Below, in pieces: positions 1 to 17,232 of a stretch of DNA of 64,000 nt (the first letter of the stretch is position 1; each line of letters starts with the position of its first letter). A program made the translations under genes and the position numbers. A model generated the notes under the pieces. It was not told the DNA's origin and did not search any database. It saw only the letters and a program-made list of their open reading frames with translations. Origin of the DNA: Bugula neritina (Eukaryota > Animalia > Bryozoa); contig OZ037773.1 in assembly GCA_964035545.1 (NCBI GenBank), forward strand, positions 5,175,751-5,239,750. Direction: 5' to 3'.

Positions 1-887
1 TGTATGAAGTATTTCATATTATATAAAGGGATGGTATGTATTGATGAGAAATTGAAAGCGTTAATAAGGATGTTATTTTTCACTCTTATGATGTCATAAA
101 GGCATTTCCTTGCTCTACCTCACACTACTCAAATAACATATAAAATATTGCTACATATTAATGAAGATGAATGAGAAAAAGATTAGCCCTAAAGGCATAA
201 TATTGTAAATACCTTTCACATCAAATGACCTTTCCTCAAGTTATCATAGCTGTCAATATTCTGTTTTGAAAGCCAATATAATAAATCAGATCTTATATTA
301 ACTCTATAACATCTCAGTATTTAATCTTTGATATTTTAGTGTGCATTAGAAATTATAATTAGTAGAAAACTTGAAATTTTGCTCTTTTAGTTTTTTATAA
401 ATCATAAAGAAGCTTGCGATGAAATGTAACCAGGTTGTGAAAGAAGAGAATGAATTGAAAAAAAAAACAAATTAAACTTAATACTATTACTTTGATAAGT
501 GATATACTATATATATTTATTGCATGATAAATAATAAAAGACATCAATTTTATATATATTAAATAAAGCACTATAGGTATTATGCAGGGTTAAATGTTAA
601 AATAATATTTTGCCTTTCAGAAGGCTAAAAGTGCATCAATATACAGGAGGAAAGAGCTAATAGAATGCATAAAATTATAATAAATTGTATCACACAGATC
701 ATAATGCAAGAACTAAGGTTTTATATATAACACAACTTATTTACTGCAGTGTTTTTGAAACAAAGAACAGATCTTTGCAGCAAATATGGAAGAGTAATTT
801 AAATGTATAATAACTCATTCACTATATAACAATGTTCTGGAAGATGAAGTATGAGTATATTAGCACAAAGGTGAGATAGTGAGATTG

Positions 888-3800
888 TTAGAAGCAGCTT
901 GGTGCAGAAATAGTTTTGGTTGAACCATGGAAATCAGCAGGAAATGTGAATTGTAAGTATGAAGGAAGTACAGGCTCAGAGCTGGTTGTGGTAAGAGTGA
1001 ATGGATACGGTGGTGGCGGATATTTCTCTAAGAGAGGAGATGAGACAGAGCTGGTGATTACTTTGACCACAATTTGTTGGTATACTACAGCAAACTGATT
1101 GGTTTGATCAAGGAACCACTCGGATCTCTAGAGTAATGAGAATAGACAGAGTTGAAAATGGAATACAGAACAGGATAGTTTAGGCAGCACTTGAAAGAAT
1201 GAAGTACAGTATTTTTACATTATTACTTCAACTCTGTTGAGAAGAAAACATGAGGTGATGTAAGAAGCATTATGCAGAAGGATTACCATCAAACATATAT
1301 ATAACAGTCAAACATGAAGCATGCAAAATGTATATTAAATCACCACTATCATAATTGTAAAGAGTTTCTCGGTTTAAAAAATTTATGTTTATATAAAATA
1401 TGCTTTTCGAGTTAAAAGAAAGTTGTCAAAGAACAGAAATAAATTTAACTAACCATGACATACTTTTCTCAGTCGCTCCAAACTTTTAGCCATAAGTTTT
1501 TCAGCTTCTTCATTATATAACTTTACGAGTTCATGGAATGGCAGAGTAGGCTAAAAATGAATGATGTCGAGTTACTAAGCATTAATCATATGTATACTAT
1601 ACTGAGGAATTATATTACATTCCATGAGAACATGTGCATGGAGTAGTGGAATATCCCTGCAAACTAAGTATAGTTCAAAGTTCAGAGCAAACCATATAAT
1701 ATGGGTTTAGCATCTCCTCTATCACATCTTGTCAACTGGAACATATCATTTTCTACAGACCCTGTCTTTGTCCGATCAGCAAACTGATTCAAATTCTCCA
1801 GACCAAACACAGAGGTGAGTGGAAAATAATTCAGCAAGAGCTCCACTACTTCAACTGCTTTCTTGATCTTACAAGGGTCATTATTGCTGTTCCTATTAAA
1901 ATATACAATGCAATGATTATTTAAAATGATTGAGTTACTTATATAGTGCACAAAATAGGACTAAATAAATTAATCAACTATTACAATTAACCTATATAAT
2001 TATTGTCTAATTGCCTAATTGTACTAAATATTTTACTTTTATGAGCTAAACCAAAAATACTGTAAATGGTTATCTCATGTCTTGCAATAAATATTATCTT
2101 GTGTTATATTTATAAGAAAAGACTCTATTTATGTATTAATGCATAAATATTAATGCATAAGCGTACTAATTTGTGGCATGTTATACAAATACTTAAATAA
2201 ATGTTCAAACAAATAAATTAATAAATTATCAATTGAAAGCTATATAAAGATCCGGCAATAGATTTAGCCAGACTTTCAAATGGCAGGTTTTGACGCTTAC
2301 ATACACAAAAGGCAAGTCCTATCATCAGTGTCAGGAGTTGTCTGACCGGCTTTGAGAGAGACATGAGAAGTCTGTAGAATTATAACATAACTTAAATATG
2401 GACAAAAATAAAGATTATAGACTCTAAATTTCAAAAATAGAGAGTAAAGTTTCAAATCTTCACGATAAAATGTTAAGCAATATATATACAAATGGACTAT
2501 TGTCTGCCATTGTCTGCCATTCATTGTATTCTTAACTACTATAGTAGTTAAGAATACAATGAATGGCAGACAATGTTGTTTACCAATAATTAAAATTATT
2601 ATTTAAAGGCAAGCATGAAGAAAATTCAAACTAACAAACACAGCAAATAAGATTAATAACTATCTATATAACTCTGCATTGTTTTATAATATTCAGTCTA
2701 TTTACTTGTTTACTTTCTTTTTCTTTTTTGTCAGCTTTTTAGCTTTTACAACATTTATTAATTTCTTTTCAATTTTCTTTCCAAGAAGACCGCCAGGTAT
2801 GAAGAGAAGAAACTTCTGTAATGTAATGTATTATCATCTTAACATATACTATATGCGAGCAGGTTTACACTTATAACATAGTACAGTGTTGACAGCGTTC
2901 TTTTGTGATGCCAACATGTTTCATGGGCATTTATTGTGATCAATGTAAATAAAAAATAAATTTTGACAAAGTGGTACTTTTTAAGGCATACACATTTAGC
3001 TGTAATGGTACGGAGCACTAAATATAGCTGAAACTTCCTTTTCTTGCCGAAACTATAGTATAGTGTTTCTTTTTTAATAGATTTAAAACATATTGTTGCA
3101 TATATGTGTGAATAACTATGGCCTACCTTCACCACAGAACATAGTGAATGGATGGATGCAGTTTTAAGGTTAAAATCCTGTCCTGTTGAAAGATGTTCTG
3201 ACAGACGGCGTACTTCTCCTGCACTACCAGGTTGCCGGAATATTCCTACTTGTCCAATGCCAGTTAGGGCGATTTGAATAAAAATATTCTTTAAATAAAT
3301 TGAAATAGTTTTAAATTGACTTGTTAAAAAGAAATTTTTAAAGTTTTTATATGATATATAGACACGTCCATGTATATACATACATGTGTGAGAATAATAA
3401 TGATACTTACCAGAAGTATAGCTGGGGTCTCATTTCTTTTAAAAGTGTTCTTTAAGGGTACTCCAAACTTCAGCCTAAAAAAACAAATTAAATCTATTTA
3501 TTCCTCTGCTAATTTTGATATTTGTTACAGTAGATACATAACCTTTAATTAGTAAAATAGCAATAAATATGATTGGAAATAGTATATTATTACTACAGGC
3601 TTATATATAATTGTGCTTTCATACTATTAAGATGCAATGTTAAAGGTACCTATGTTCTATATGCTGCTTTTAGATGAAGCTAAATAAAAACTTTATATTA
3701 TATTTCCAAAACTATTAAAAAAATGTTTAACCAACAAGCAAAAACAAGCCTTGTAAAAGCTATTGCTTATAATAATTTAATACTGTTATAAAATAGGCTG

Positions 3801-3901
3801 CAGTTTATAATATGAACCTACTTTTTGATTGCTGGCTCACTGCTTTCAGCTGCAGAAGATCTTTGAGATCTCCTTGTAAAAAGTTTTCTGAGAAAACTCA
3901 T
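888..3901 (-). CDS. RhoGAP-domain protein (ARHGAP20/TAGAP-like), about 9 coding exons
   Basis: Exons 3822-3901, 3411-3474, 3127-3288, 2706-2815, ~2230/2301-2371, 1726-1892, 1619-1656, 1464-1550, 888-1127. Translation has KFGVPL, the arginine finger GIFRQPGS, and SIHSLCSVVKKFLLFIPGGLL. The C-terminal tail has PPPPY. The exon 5 donor is unresolved. A probable 5'UTR exon ends at 4149. Confidence 0.8.
2508..2575. repeat. Perfect 68-bp palindrome
   Basis: 34-bp arms with no spacer, centred at 2541/2542 in a RhoGAP intron. Confidence 0.9.
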
Positions 3902-5334
3902 CACTAAAAAAAAGTAATAGAAAACTGCATAATTTAAGAATCAAATTTTGGAACTTCAACAGTATTTATGCAGCCTAATGAACATAAAATATTACTATTA
4001 TAGTAATGGCACGAATTGAGTATAGGAAATTTAAGCATTTAAGAAACATACTATGTTTGCAGTTTAGACAAGTGAATAATAAATATACACAAAACAAAAA
4101 TTATTTTAAAGGATAGAAAAGCAAGAAAAAAATGTAAATTTGACTAACCTGCTTATTTGAGAGAAATGTATATCTATAAGAGAGGGGGATAACTTCAATG
4201 AGTTATGTTGCAGAGTAATACCAAAACTCAACAGCAAGTAGGGAACACGTCACAACAAAGTATGATACTGAGATAAGTATATACTTTAAACACTGATTCT
4301 ATAATTTACAGAATAAGAGAGAGAAGCATCCGTATTCTGAGGCAGAGCGAATCAAACTACACAGAGTCATGACATGATGTCTTTCTCATTGTTTGACTAA
4401 TGTCGCATAACTCATAAATTCCTAACTAGTAAAGCTAGTAAATTACTAGTTACTAGAATGATTGTTATGAATATTTTTTTTTCTAAATTGAAAAGCATAA
4501 AAGTGAAGTTTTGTTTGTTTCACAAGTATCAAAAAGTATTGATATTTGCAAAAGAAATCTTTGATTAATTTTGTTTTATTTGGAAATAGGAGCTTCTGAA
4601 GCTCTTCTATAATTACCTAAATTGTTAAAACAATATTCATATATTTTTATATAGATATATTAAATTGCAGGATGAAGATTGTTGAGAAAAACTTAATACA
4701 CGTATAACCATAATGCAGGAAAGTTACTAAAAAACTATAACTATAGCCATAATATTGGTTTACATGCATGTATCTACAAACAAATCATGTGGAAACAATA
4801 TTTTTTGAATGAATATTTTTTAAAGTTATAGGTATATATATACTATAATTATATACTTTTAAATTAGATAGCTGTAACATACAGAATTTCAATAATATTT
4901 TAAAACTATATCAGGTCTTGTATAAAACCAAAAATATGAACTCATACCTCATTTTGTTAAAAAAAAATTTCTATTTTTCAAGATAATTTAAAATTTATAT
5001 ATTTGAATTTCCAGTCAATTAGTTGAGAGATGAGCCTATATCAAGTACTTATCACTCAAAATATATCAATTTATGAGTTTATAAAAATTAGTGTTTAAAA
5101 TATTTTACGTTTAAACCTGGTTTAACTTTTCAAAAATAGCGTATATGGCCTAATACAAAAATACTAAACTAATTTTTATTAATATTTACAAAATTTTATG
5201 ATATTTTATAACAAAAGTGTTAAGCAAAATTATAAGAGTTAAAAATCAGGTTGTTCTCTATTAAAAGCTTCATTTGACAATTTTTTATGTTATTAACTAT
5301 TTCTGGTCATCTTTCAACTGATTGACATATTAAT

Positions 5335-8300
5335 CTACTCCAGGTGTTTTTCACACACATATCTTATAGCATAATTATAGTTACAAGTACGGTCATTCCA
5401 CCGGAGGTTTGTGAGCATGGCAAGACAACTCCCTGTGTCATTGGGCTGACCAATAGAAAATCTGGTCATATTCACTGATTCACCATTATGCCATACCCAA
5501 TCATCATCATCTTTAGTAGCGCCCAACCATATTTCATATTTCCATGCTGTAAGCATTAAAGAATGCAATATTTAGATTTTTCGCAACTTTATTAGGTTTG
5601 AAAAACTTTTAATTATAGGTACTTATATATTATATTATAGTATATTATAATATATATTATATTACATTATATATATTATAGTAATTAGCTATAATGTTAT
5701 ATAACTAATTTATTAATTTAAATAATATGTGAGATAGTCGTAATAGCATATGTTATTATTTGTAATCAATACCTTCTTATATAAAATAATGTGGAATATA
5801 GTGTCAATATTAAATGTTTAAAAAATAATATGTTTTTAATAGGCTAGCAAATTAATTACAAGTTTGAAAATTTATCTAAGAGAATTTTAGATTAAAATGT
5901 TTCGATTCAGCTCAAACTTCTTTTGCTACTGATTTAACTCATCTGTTGAATATAGTGTGAATTAGACGAATTTAATAAAATATACTTTGTATCTACCAAC
6001 AAACCTTTACATAAGATTTGCTTAAAGTAATTTCGGCCTAGATTAAAAACCTTGACAATTCTCTTTAAATACATAGTGTTGTGTTTCAAGGAAAACTTGC
6101 AGCTTTCGCTATAAAGATATATTATGTTACTTATATAGGAAAGTGCAATTAAATACATTTAAGCCCTAAAATCAACCTCAGTGTTCATCAAAATATGATT
6201 AGGCGAGATTGTATATATAAATAGAACTCAACAATAAATTCTACACACTTTTATCACAGAATAAACAAGCTGATTGGCTAATTGCGTTATAAAAAACATC
6301 TTTATTTAAATTAACAAAGTTGAAAGTAGAAGAAAAGTCTCAGAATTGTAGTCAGTAATTGAACTAAATTAACGGCCCAATAATAATGAAGGCACTGTTT
6401 GCATACAAAGTATGCAATTACATCCACAATATATTTGCTGTTCTTGAGATTATGAATAATTAAATACTGTAACCTGATATTGAAACTTGTAAATATGTAT
6501 TTCATTGCACAGCTGTAACACGTGACATCTTTTACTTTAGATTTTAGCTTTAATAGTCTGTTTCCCTACACAATTTAAATAGATGATAAATTAGATTAAA
6601 TAAATTTAATATATTGCTATATTATAGTCTACCATGTAAATTTAATCAGACCTATTGTCTGTTTTGTGAACAAATAACCTTTCAGACTATGTTCATATAA
6701 CTAATCATTTTTATGTAACTTAAAAGTATGACTGTGAATTCATTTCAATTATTACTTTGGTAAAATACAAATTTCTTAACATGTTCCAATTTTCTGAATT
6801 TTTTTTATTATTTAGGCTAACCGCAAATGAAAAAAAGAAACATATAACTGAAAAATTTCAAAACACTTACAAGGTACTTTTGCCAACAGATTCTGATACC
6901 ATTCAATGACCTCTTCAGAGTTCAACATAAGTAGAGAAGCTCCAAATGATTGACATTCTCCTATGGCTTCATTTGCAGTTTTAGTCTCCGAGAAAAATTT
7001 AATGCAAGTCATCTTAACAGGGTTTAGTTTCCACCCATCAGTGCACATCACACTGCCAGGCTCTACAACACAGTGTCATCACACCATAACTTCCAGTAAC
7101 TTTGATGTCTATACTGTATAGTATTTAGAGAAGTAATCAACTTAATTAGTGTGAAGCATGACTTAAACTGAAGATACTAACTATAAATCAACACAAATGA
7201 AGTTTTAGCTAAAGAGTTATTACTTGCAATCGTAAGCAAGTTAAAATGTGCGGAAAATAAATATTTCTGATATTAAATCAACAAATAAAAAATAAGTATT
7301 TAAGTTCATCAGCTTCTTTTGTTCCACAAGCATGCTTAGGATTTTCTGCTATAGCTACAAAATATAAACTTATGTACAAAATGTTAAGTACAGTATACCT
7401 GTGTCATATATCACATCATAGGAGAGTTGGTCAGTGGGCCAGGTTTGATAGGATATGTTCTTGGACCAGAAACATTCCTGAGTAGAAGTCTTATAAGCAA
7501 AAGATTTACAGCCAGTATTTCTCAAACACTGTTTTGCACATCTGGAGACAGAGCTGAGTGTAACTGAAGTTGGACTCACTAAAACTCTGTCCATAGAGTT
7601 TTGATAGTAGTACAGATTATCTGTTGTGCTAAAACCCTGTAGGTTTACTTTTTGATTATATATCATATGTTTGTCATTCAATAGCTATATATAGTAGTAC
7701 ACGTGTTTATATTTTGTTAATACTACCATATAATATGTATCAACTTTTATTTAGCTGATATCTATAATGTATTTTTCACTCTTTTGATCAGCCAAATAAT
7801 ATAAATTAAATATTGATAAATAAGTTATTGATAAAATAATTACAATTACTTTAAAATACAGCTGGTATTTAATATTGCTATATAAAATATAAAATTATAC
7901 ATAATTGCAATAAACTTAGCATAATGATTTTTTTTAATGCGAGTATATAAACACTCATAAGTAGTTTAATTCAAATATTATAAAAGATTAAATTTTTCCA
8001 TGCTTGGAGATTCAAAATTTAACCAAATGATACTATCATGTTAAAATTGTTGCATTTTTTATTACAAAATAGTATAAGTTACAGCCAAACAACTTAATGT
8101 AAAACAAATTTGATTGGGATATTCAATAAGTAGATGTTTTTCACATTTTTGCATTCATTGTATATTGCGTATTGTTATTATATTTGGATTAATTCTATAT
8201 GCAACAATTTGCAATAACCTCAATCATTTGTAGAAATAAACTTTATATATATTAATTTACATATATTGTAATAAATGCAATCATTTAATTAAATATATTT

Positions 8301-8708
8301 ATGATAATCCAATTAAATATTAGAACTTTGGTTTATGCCATTTAAAACTATTACTCATTTACCTAATAAAATATTTTGGACTACTTTTTATTTGTTAATT
8401 ATATTCTTGATCCTGCTATTTGCATCTAGATCTATAACCATGCTTGTTTTGTCTATATGAGTTAGTTTAACAGGCTACGTGAGATATCACAATTACGACT
8501 GACTTGCAAGCCTTATAAAATAGAAAAACATATAGCGTAGAATTTTGAAGACTTTATGAGTACAAAGCAAAAGCTATCACAATTAACCCTAAACTCACTC
8601 ATCTTACATCAAGCGTAAAATTGGTTTAAATAATATAAATTATTATACCTGGTAAGTTGCCAAAAGGTAAAAGAGGAGAACCTTGTAAATAAAAGTCACA
8701 AACACCAT
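5335..8708 (-). CDS. Lectin gene 1: signal peptide + PAN/Apple + C-type lectin
   Basis: Exons 8649-8708 (MVFVTFIYKVLLFYLLATYQ), 7399-7636 (PAN, CAKQCLRNTGCKSF...ECFWS), 6871-7062 (CTDGW...C), 5335-5546 (WLG...QPN...WND...YVCEK). All GT-AG and in frame. Confidence 0.9.
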
Positions 8709-9431
8709 CTTGTGCTTTAATCTGCTAACTTCTATATGCAGTAAAAGGCATAAAATTAAAAATAAAGTTCAAACTTTAAAGTATAATGGGCCTGCTTTCT
8801 TAACTTAAAATTTGTTATCTGCAGAGAAATGAAATATTTAAAAAGTAATATTATTGATTATAGGTTATTATACAAGTGCGAAAATTGGCATCTTGAAGTG
8901 AGTATACAAACATACTTGAGTATATTTGAAATTTTTTGTATTTAATAATCAAATATTTGAATGTTTTAGTTGAATTGCTAAAGTTTTATTTAGTTCATAT
9001 TAAAAACTGTTATACTGACCTTTAAAAGCTGAAAAAATCGATTGCTTTGTTATAAACTGCAGGTTAAAATTGTGCTGGAAAAATGTTCTAAGAAAATTGA
9101 TTGGTTAAGTAATATTTTTACTTAAAATAGCAGCAATATAAATACACCTTACTTTTCTTATGCTTTTTGTTTATTTATATTAAGTAGCAATACGATGAAA
9201 ACAGTAATAAAACAGCTAAAGTTTTCTTCACAAAACAATCGTAACACTTTGTATGTATATAGGTGTACATAAACTTTCCATTATTGAAGAATAATTGCCA
9301 CAAATATGTCCAGTGTTATAATTTAGCATATAAATGTATTAATTTAGATGTTAAAAATGTTCTGTTTTGTATGGGAGTTGATGATTTGAAGGATTTTCCA
9401 TTAACTGCTTGCTTGTATCGTATACTGTCTA

Positions 9432-12400
9432 TTATTTGAGCATTTTTTCACACACATATTTCCTATGATTGACATCGCAATAAAGCTGAACCCATTTAAA
9501 CTCTTTACTCATGGCGATGCAATTTCCTGGTTTATCCGCCTGATAGTCTTTAAATTTGCTATCATCCAATAATTCACCATTGGCCCAAGTCCAGTTGTTG
9601 CCATCTTTAACAGCGCCTACCCATACTCCGTGGCTCCAGGCTGCAAAAGTCAATTGAGTAATATACAAGACTATTAAAATACATTGTGTATCTACACATA
9701 TAGGCAGCTTCGAAAACAATTTGACACTTTTTATAGAGTACAAATATTCATCTAATCATGTGAAAAGTTTTCCGGTATTAAGTATTTGTAATGATTATTT
9801 TACCATATACCAACATTTATAAATATAATACACGTACAATATATAATATACTATACTATAGTAGAAGTACTAATATAAAATATTACTTATATGCCTATTA
9901 GTATATGTAACATCTATCAGTAGTGGTACTACTGATATAGTGCTATCACTATTAGTTATGGATATAGTAGGACTAGTAATATATGCCTAGTACTATTGTA
10001 GTAGTTTTGTGGGTTATAGAATGAAATCAAGCAGAGAACATAACTCCTTGTTATAGAAGAGACAAGAGAGGGTGTTGCATTCGTGTGTGTGTGTACAGTA
10101 TCCTTTATTGTAGATGAGATGTATTCAGTCCGGGCTCCAGTCTTCAAGTGACTGGAGCTCGAAAATGTGTGTTATTTTATACTAGTAGAACAAAGGACTT
10201 CCAGAACCATCCACCGACATTCGGCAGGAAATAGCTCATGCTGGTAACTGACACTGGAAATGTCGGGAACGACATTCGGTCTGCCTGCATTCCTGCCGAA
10301 CTCGGTCCATCTGCTGGTTTACATAAATAAAAAGAAATGAACCCAACCAAGCGTATGCGTATTGTACTTATAATTAGGGGAAAGGGGATTATTTATTCAC
10401 TACGCTAAAAGCTTAAACAATAGCCATAGCATTAAAGTATTAAAAAGTTACGCCACAGACTTGGCTATAATTACAGTACTATAGCCATAGGGAAAAAAGG
10501 CTAAGGGAAATGACTAATATTTACTACACTATATGCATTATAGTACTATCATTAGTAATATTTATTATACAGTTGTACTATTTATACAAATTATACTGCA
10601 AAGGACATTAGTGTATATTACTAATTAGAGCTACTACTAACCAACACTGCAGCTATTAAACTATAGTTTGAACCCCATAGCCACGTATTTGTATAACAAA
10701 AGTATATATCTGAATTTGATGCACAAATAAAGGGTTAAAACAAAACATCTTTTTTATAGGTTGATGTTTTTCCAATTGCCTGCACATTAACCAAAGGTGG
10801 CAATTGATAACATTGACATATGTAACTACTTCTAAAAATAAATCAAGTTTAGACTTTAACCTTTAGGTTTGTTTTTTCACATAGATTCACCAAATAATGA
10901 TCAACATGTTGCTCTATTAAGATTTAGAAGAAGTTAAATAAAAATTTTCCAGTTTTCAAGTAGCTTTGTGGTTAAAGTAAAAATAGTATAATAGGTAGAG
11001 AAAATATGTTGGTGCAGTCTAATATATGGTACATTCGATGCACTCACATGGATACGAGGCTACTAGACTCTGGTACCACTCAAAGACCTCTTCAGTGTTT
11101 AACATGAGCAGAGAAGCTCCTTGTTGCTTGCAGTTTCGGCTGGCAGCGTTTCTATTTGCACTTCCAGTGAATATCTTAACGCAGCTCATTCTAATAGGGT
11201 TTAGAGTCCACTCATCACTACACAAGGTACTGTTGGGTTCTGGAGTACAATATGGTGGAGAGTTGCTCATCATTAGACTTAATTACAGTTTAAAATAAAA
11301 CCATGCAGCTACGTCACTATATACAATTCTATTTAGTTTAAATTATGCCCACGAATAGAAAAATTTGGATTTTTTTTCTAGAGCCTTTTTGGTTTATGTT
11401 AATTATATTTTGTTGTTATTCTATCGTTATACATGTTAGATTACTATAAACCTTCACTAAACTAATAATTTCCCTTTGCAAACAAATATAAACATATTTT
11501 TCAAGCATAGAATATATCAACTTCTACATTGAAAATATTACCTGCATCATATATTTTGACGTAATCTTCAATAGCAACAGCTGATGAAGTGACATTGTAG
11601 GAAGGATGAGCTGACCAGACACATTCCAGAGTTGTCTTCTTTATGCCGAATGATTTACAATCAGAGTGACTGAAGCAGTTTACAGCACATGAATTTATAG
11701 AGTTTGTTGAAAAAGAAGATGGATTAAGAAGTTGTCTGCCCATAGTTATCGAGAAAATCTTGCCTCTTTGACTTCTTATCTAAATAATAAAACATCAAAG
11801 CTTATCACAAAAAGTCTTTCAGGTATGTCAAATAACGCTCACATTTTATTACAGTTTGTAATCACTTTTATTAAACTTTGGCTCTAACAATACAAGCAAT
11901 ATGATTAAAAAGTTCTAACATAGCTGACAACATTATAGTTGAACGGCTTTGATGGCAAGGCGAATGAAGTGGAGACTAAGGGTTTTACTACACACCAATG
12001 ACTCTGCTTGAAGTTAACTCACCAGTCTAACTGTGACTTGATCAACACCTCAAACTACGGAAAGGGATTATAGGCATGATGTGTACAACAGTAAAACGAT
12101 CAGAGCCTGTTCAATATTATAACTAAATAAGTCCATATATTCAAAGGAATATTCTAACATAGACTACTGTTTATAATTAAATAACTTATCAAAGTTGTAA
12201 CAATACTCGCTTAAACAATGTATGTGTGAAGTAGTATAATATATTAAATAAAATATTTATTATAGTAGGCTATACTATAATTAGACTATATGATCAGTTC
12301 ATTTGAAATTTAATTTTGGCATGATCTTACTTTATACTCCTAAATAAATATAGAAATGAAAGCAAAGAAGAGAACACTTTAAAATGAGTAATGGTGAAGA

Positions 12401-12674
12401 ATAATATTGCTGTTTTAATATGTTTCCACACACACCAATAATTAATTTCACCACAACAGCTAAATTGCAGATAGTAGAAAATAATATATATTTAAAAAAT
12501 GCTATGGTGGTGTATAGCAAAAATTAAATTTTTTGTTGTAATATAGATATAGAGTTATTATAGTAATGCATATTCAGAAATAAAAACTTTTCAAAACATT
12601 GTAAATACCTGATGCACTGTGGTTAAAAGCAGAAGTAATGCCATTTTAAACCAATTATAAGCACACCACTTCAT
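9432..12674 (-). CDS. Lectin gene 2: signal + PAN + C-type lectin (degenerate QAD/WVQ motifs)
   Basis: Exons 12609-12674, 11542-11779, 11048-11239, 9432-9640. In frame, GT-AG, CTLD cysteines and WVG motif kept. Confidence 0.9.
9997..10528. mobile_element. Solo LTR (Gypsy-like)
   Basis: Termini TGTAGTAG...TTACTACA, a 4-bp TSD CTAT on both sides, internal AATAAA, and higher GC than the flanks. Lies in intron 3 of gene 2. Confidence 0.75.
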
Positions 12675-13689
12675 TCTTGTTGAGAGTTCTGTATGTTAAA
12701 CCTTATGATATACACCAACAGTAAATAATGCAACCCTCACCTAAAGCATACTTTACTTAATTAAAATAATCAATTTTGTTTTGTGCAACAGCTTATAGTT
12801 GAAACTGTAAGTAAATTCTATAGAACTTTTGTAAAAAAATATTGATTGCGAGTAAAAAAATATATCTATTAAAATACTATGTAAGCATCTCAACAATAAT
12901 TTATTGCTTTTTGAGTTTGATAAATTTGCTTTCAAATAAATAATTAATAAAAATTTTTCATTACTATACCAGAACAACAGTTGAACAAACTAATAAATAC
13001 ATAAATTTAGCTTGTTTCAAGTTCCTTATTTCAAATGCAAATAGCATAATTCTAGCTTTGAATGGGCTGCTTTTATGAGAAGTCGCCATCAACTTGCTAT
13101 GAACGAAACAAGCATACAAAACTTGAAATACATAAAATGTGCATTTATAATATATACTATATCGATAAATCGTAAGCAACTTCAATAAATTTAAATGTTG
13201 TTGAGCAACATGGATTACTTACCTACACATTATTATATAACTTACCTCTACACTATTATATAACTTATCCTACAATACCAGAATCCTTACCTCTATACGT
13301 CACTATCAGATTAAATAACTCTATACTATGCGAGTAGCCTATACCATGATGATCTTACAGGCATAACTAGCTGCTGTATAGAAATTTCTAAATCAATAAC
13401 ATCTTCTACTCTTTTTCACAAAAATTAGTTATTTTTTTCAAAAACAACAGTTTATTATAGAAGCATGTTAAAAAAAACGCAGAATAAAGAAGTAACATTT
13501 AGCTTCTATCAACAGCATACATGAGTTTAAGAAAATAGATTGCGTAAAAGAAAACAATTTTTTGGGTGCTGAAAGCTTCATGTTTAGATAAACATAAATA
13601 AAAATATAATTTCAACTTACATAGTAAATAGCAACCTGAAAAAACTATAATAACTAAAACTTTACTGTGGTAAAAGTTAGATTTAATTT

Positions 13690-17232
<3,543 letters not shown>

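Noticed and set aside
1682-1725. TGA at 1682-1684 as the RhoGAP stop
   Set aside because: Downstream segments 1619-1656, 1464-1550 and 888-1127 have good splice sites and join in frame, so the gene probably continues.
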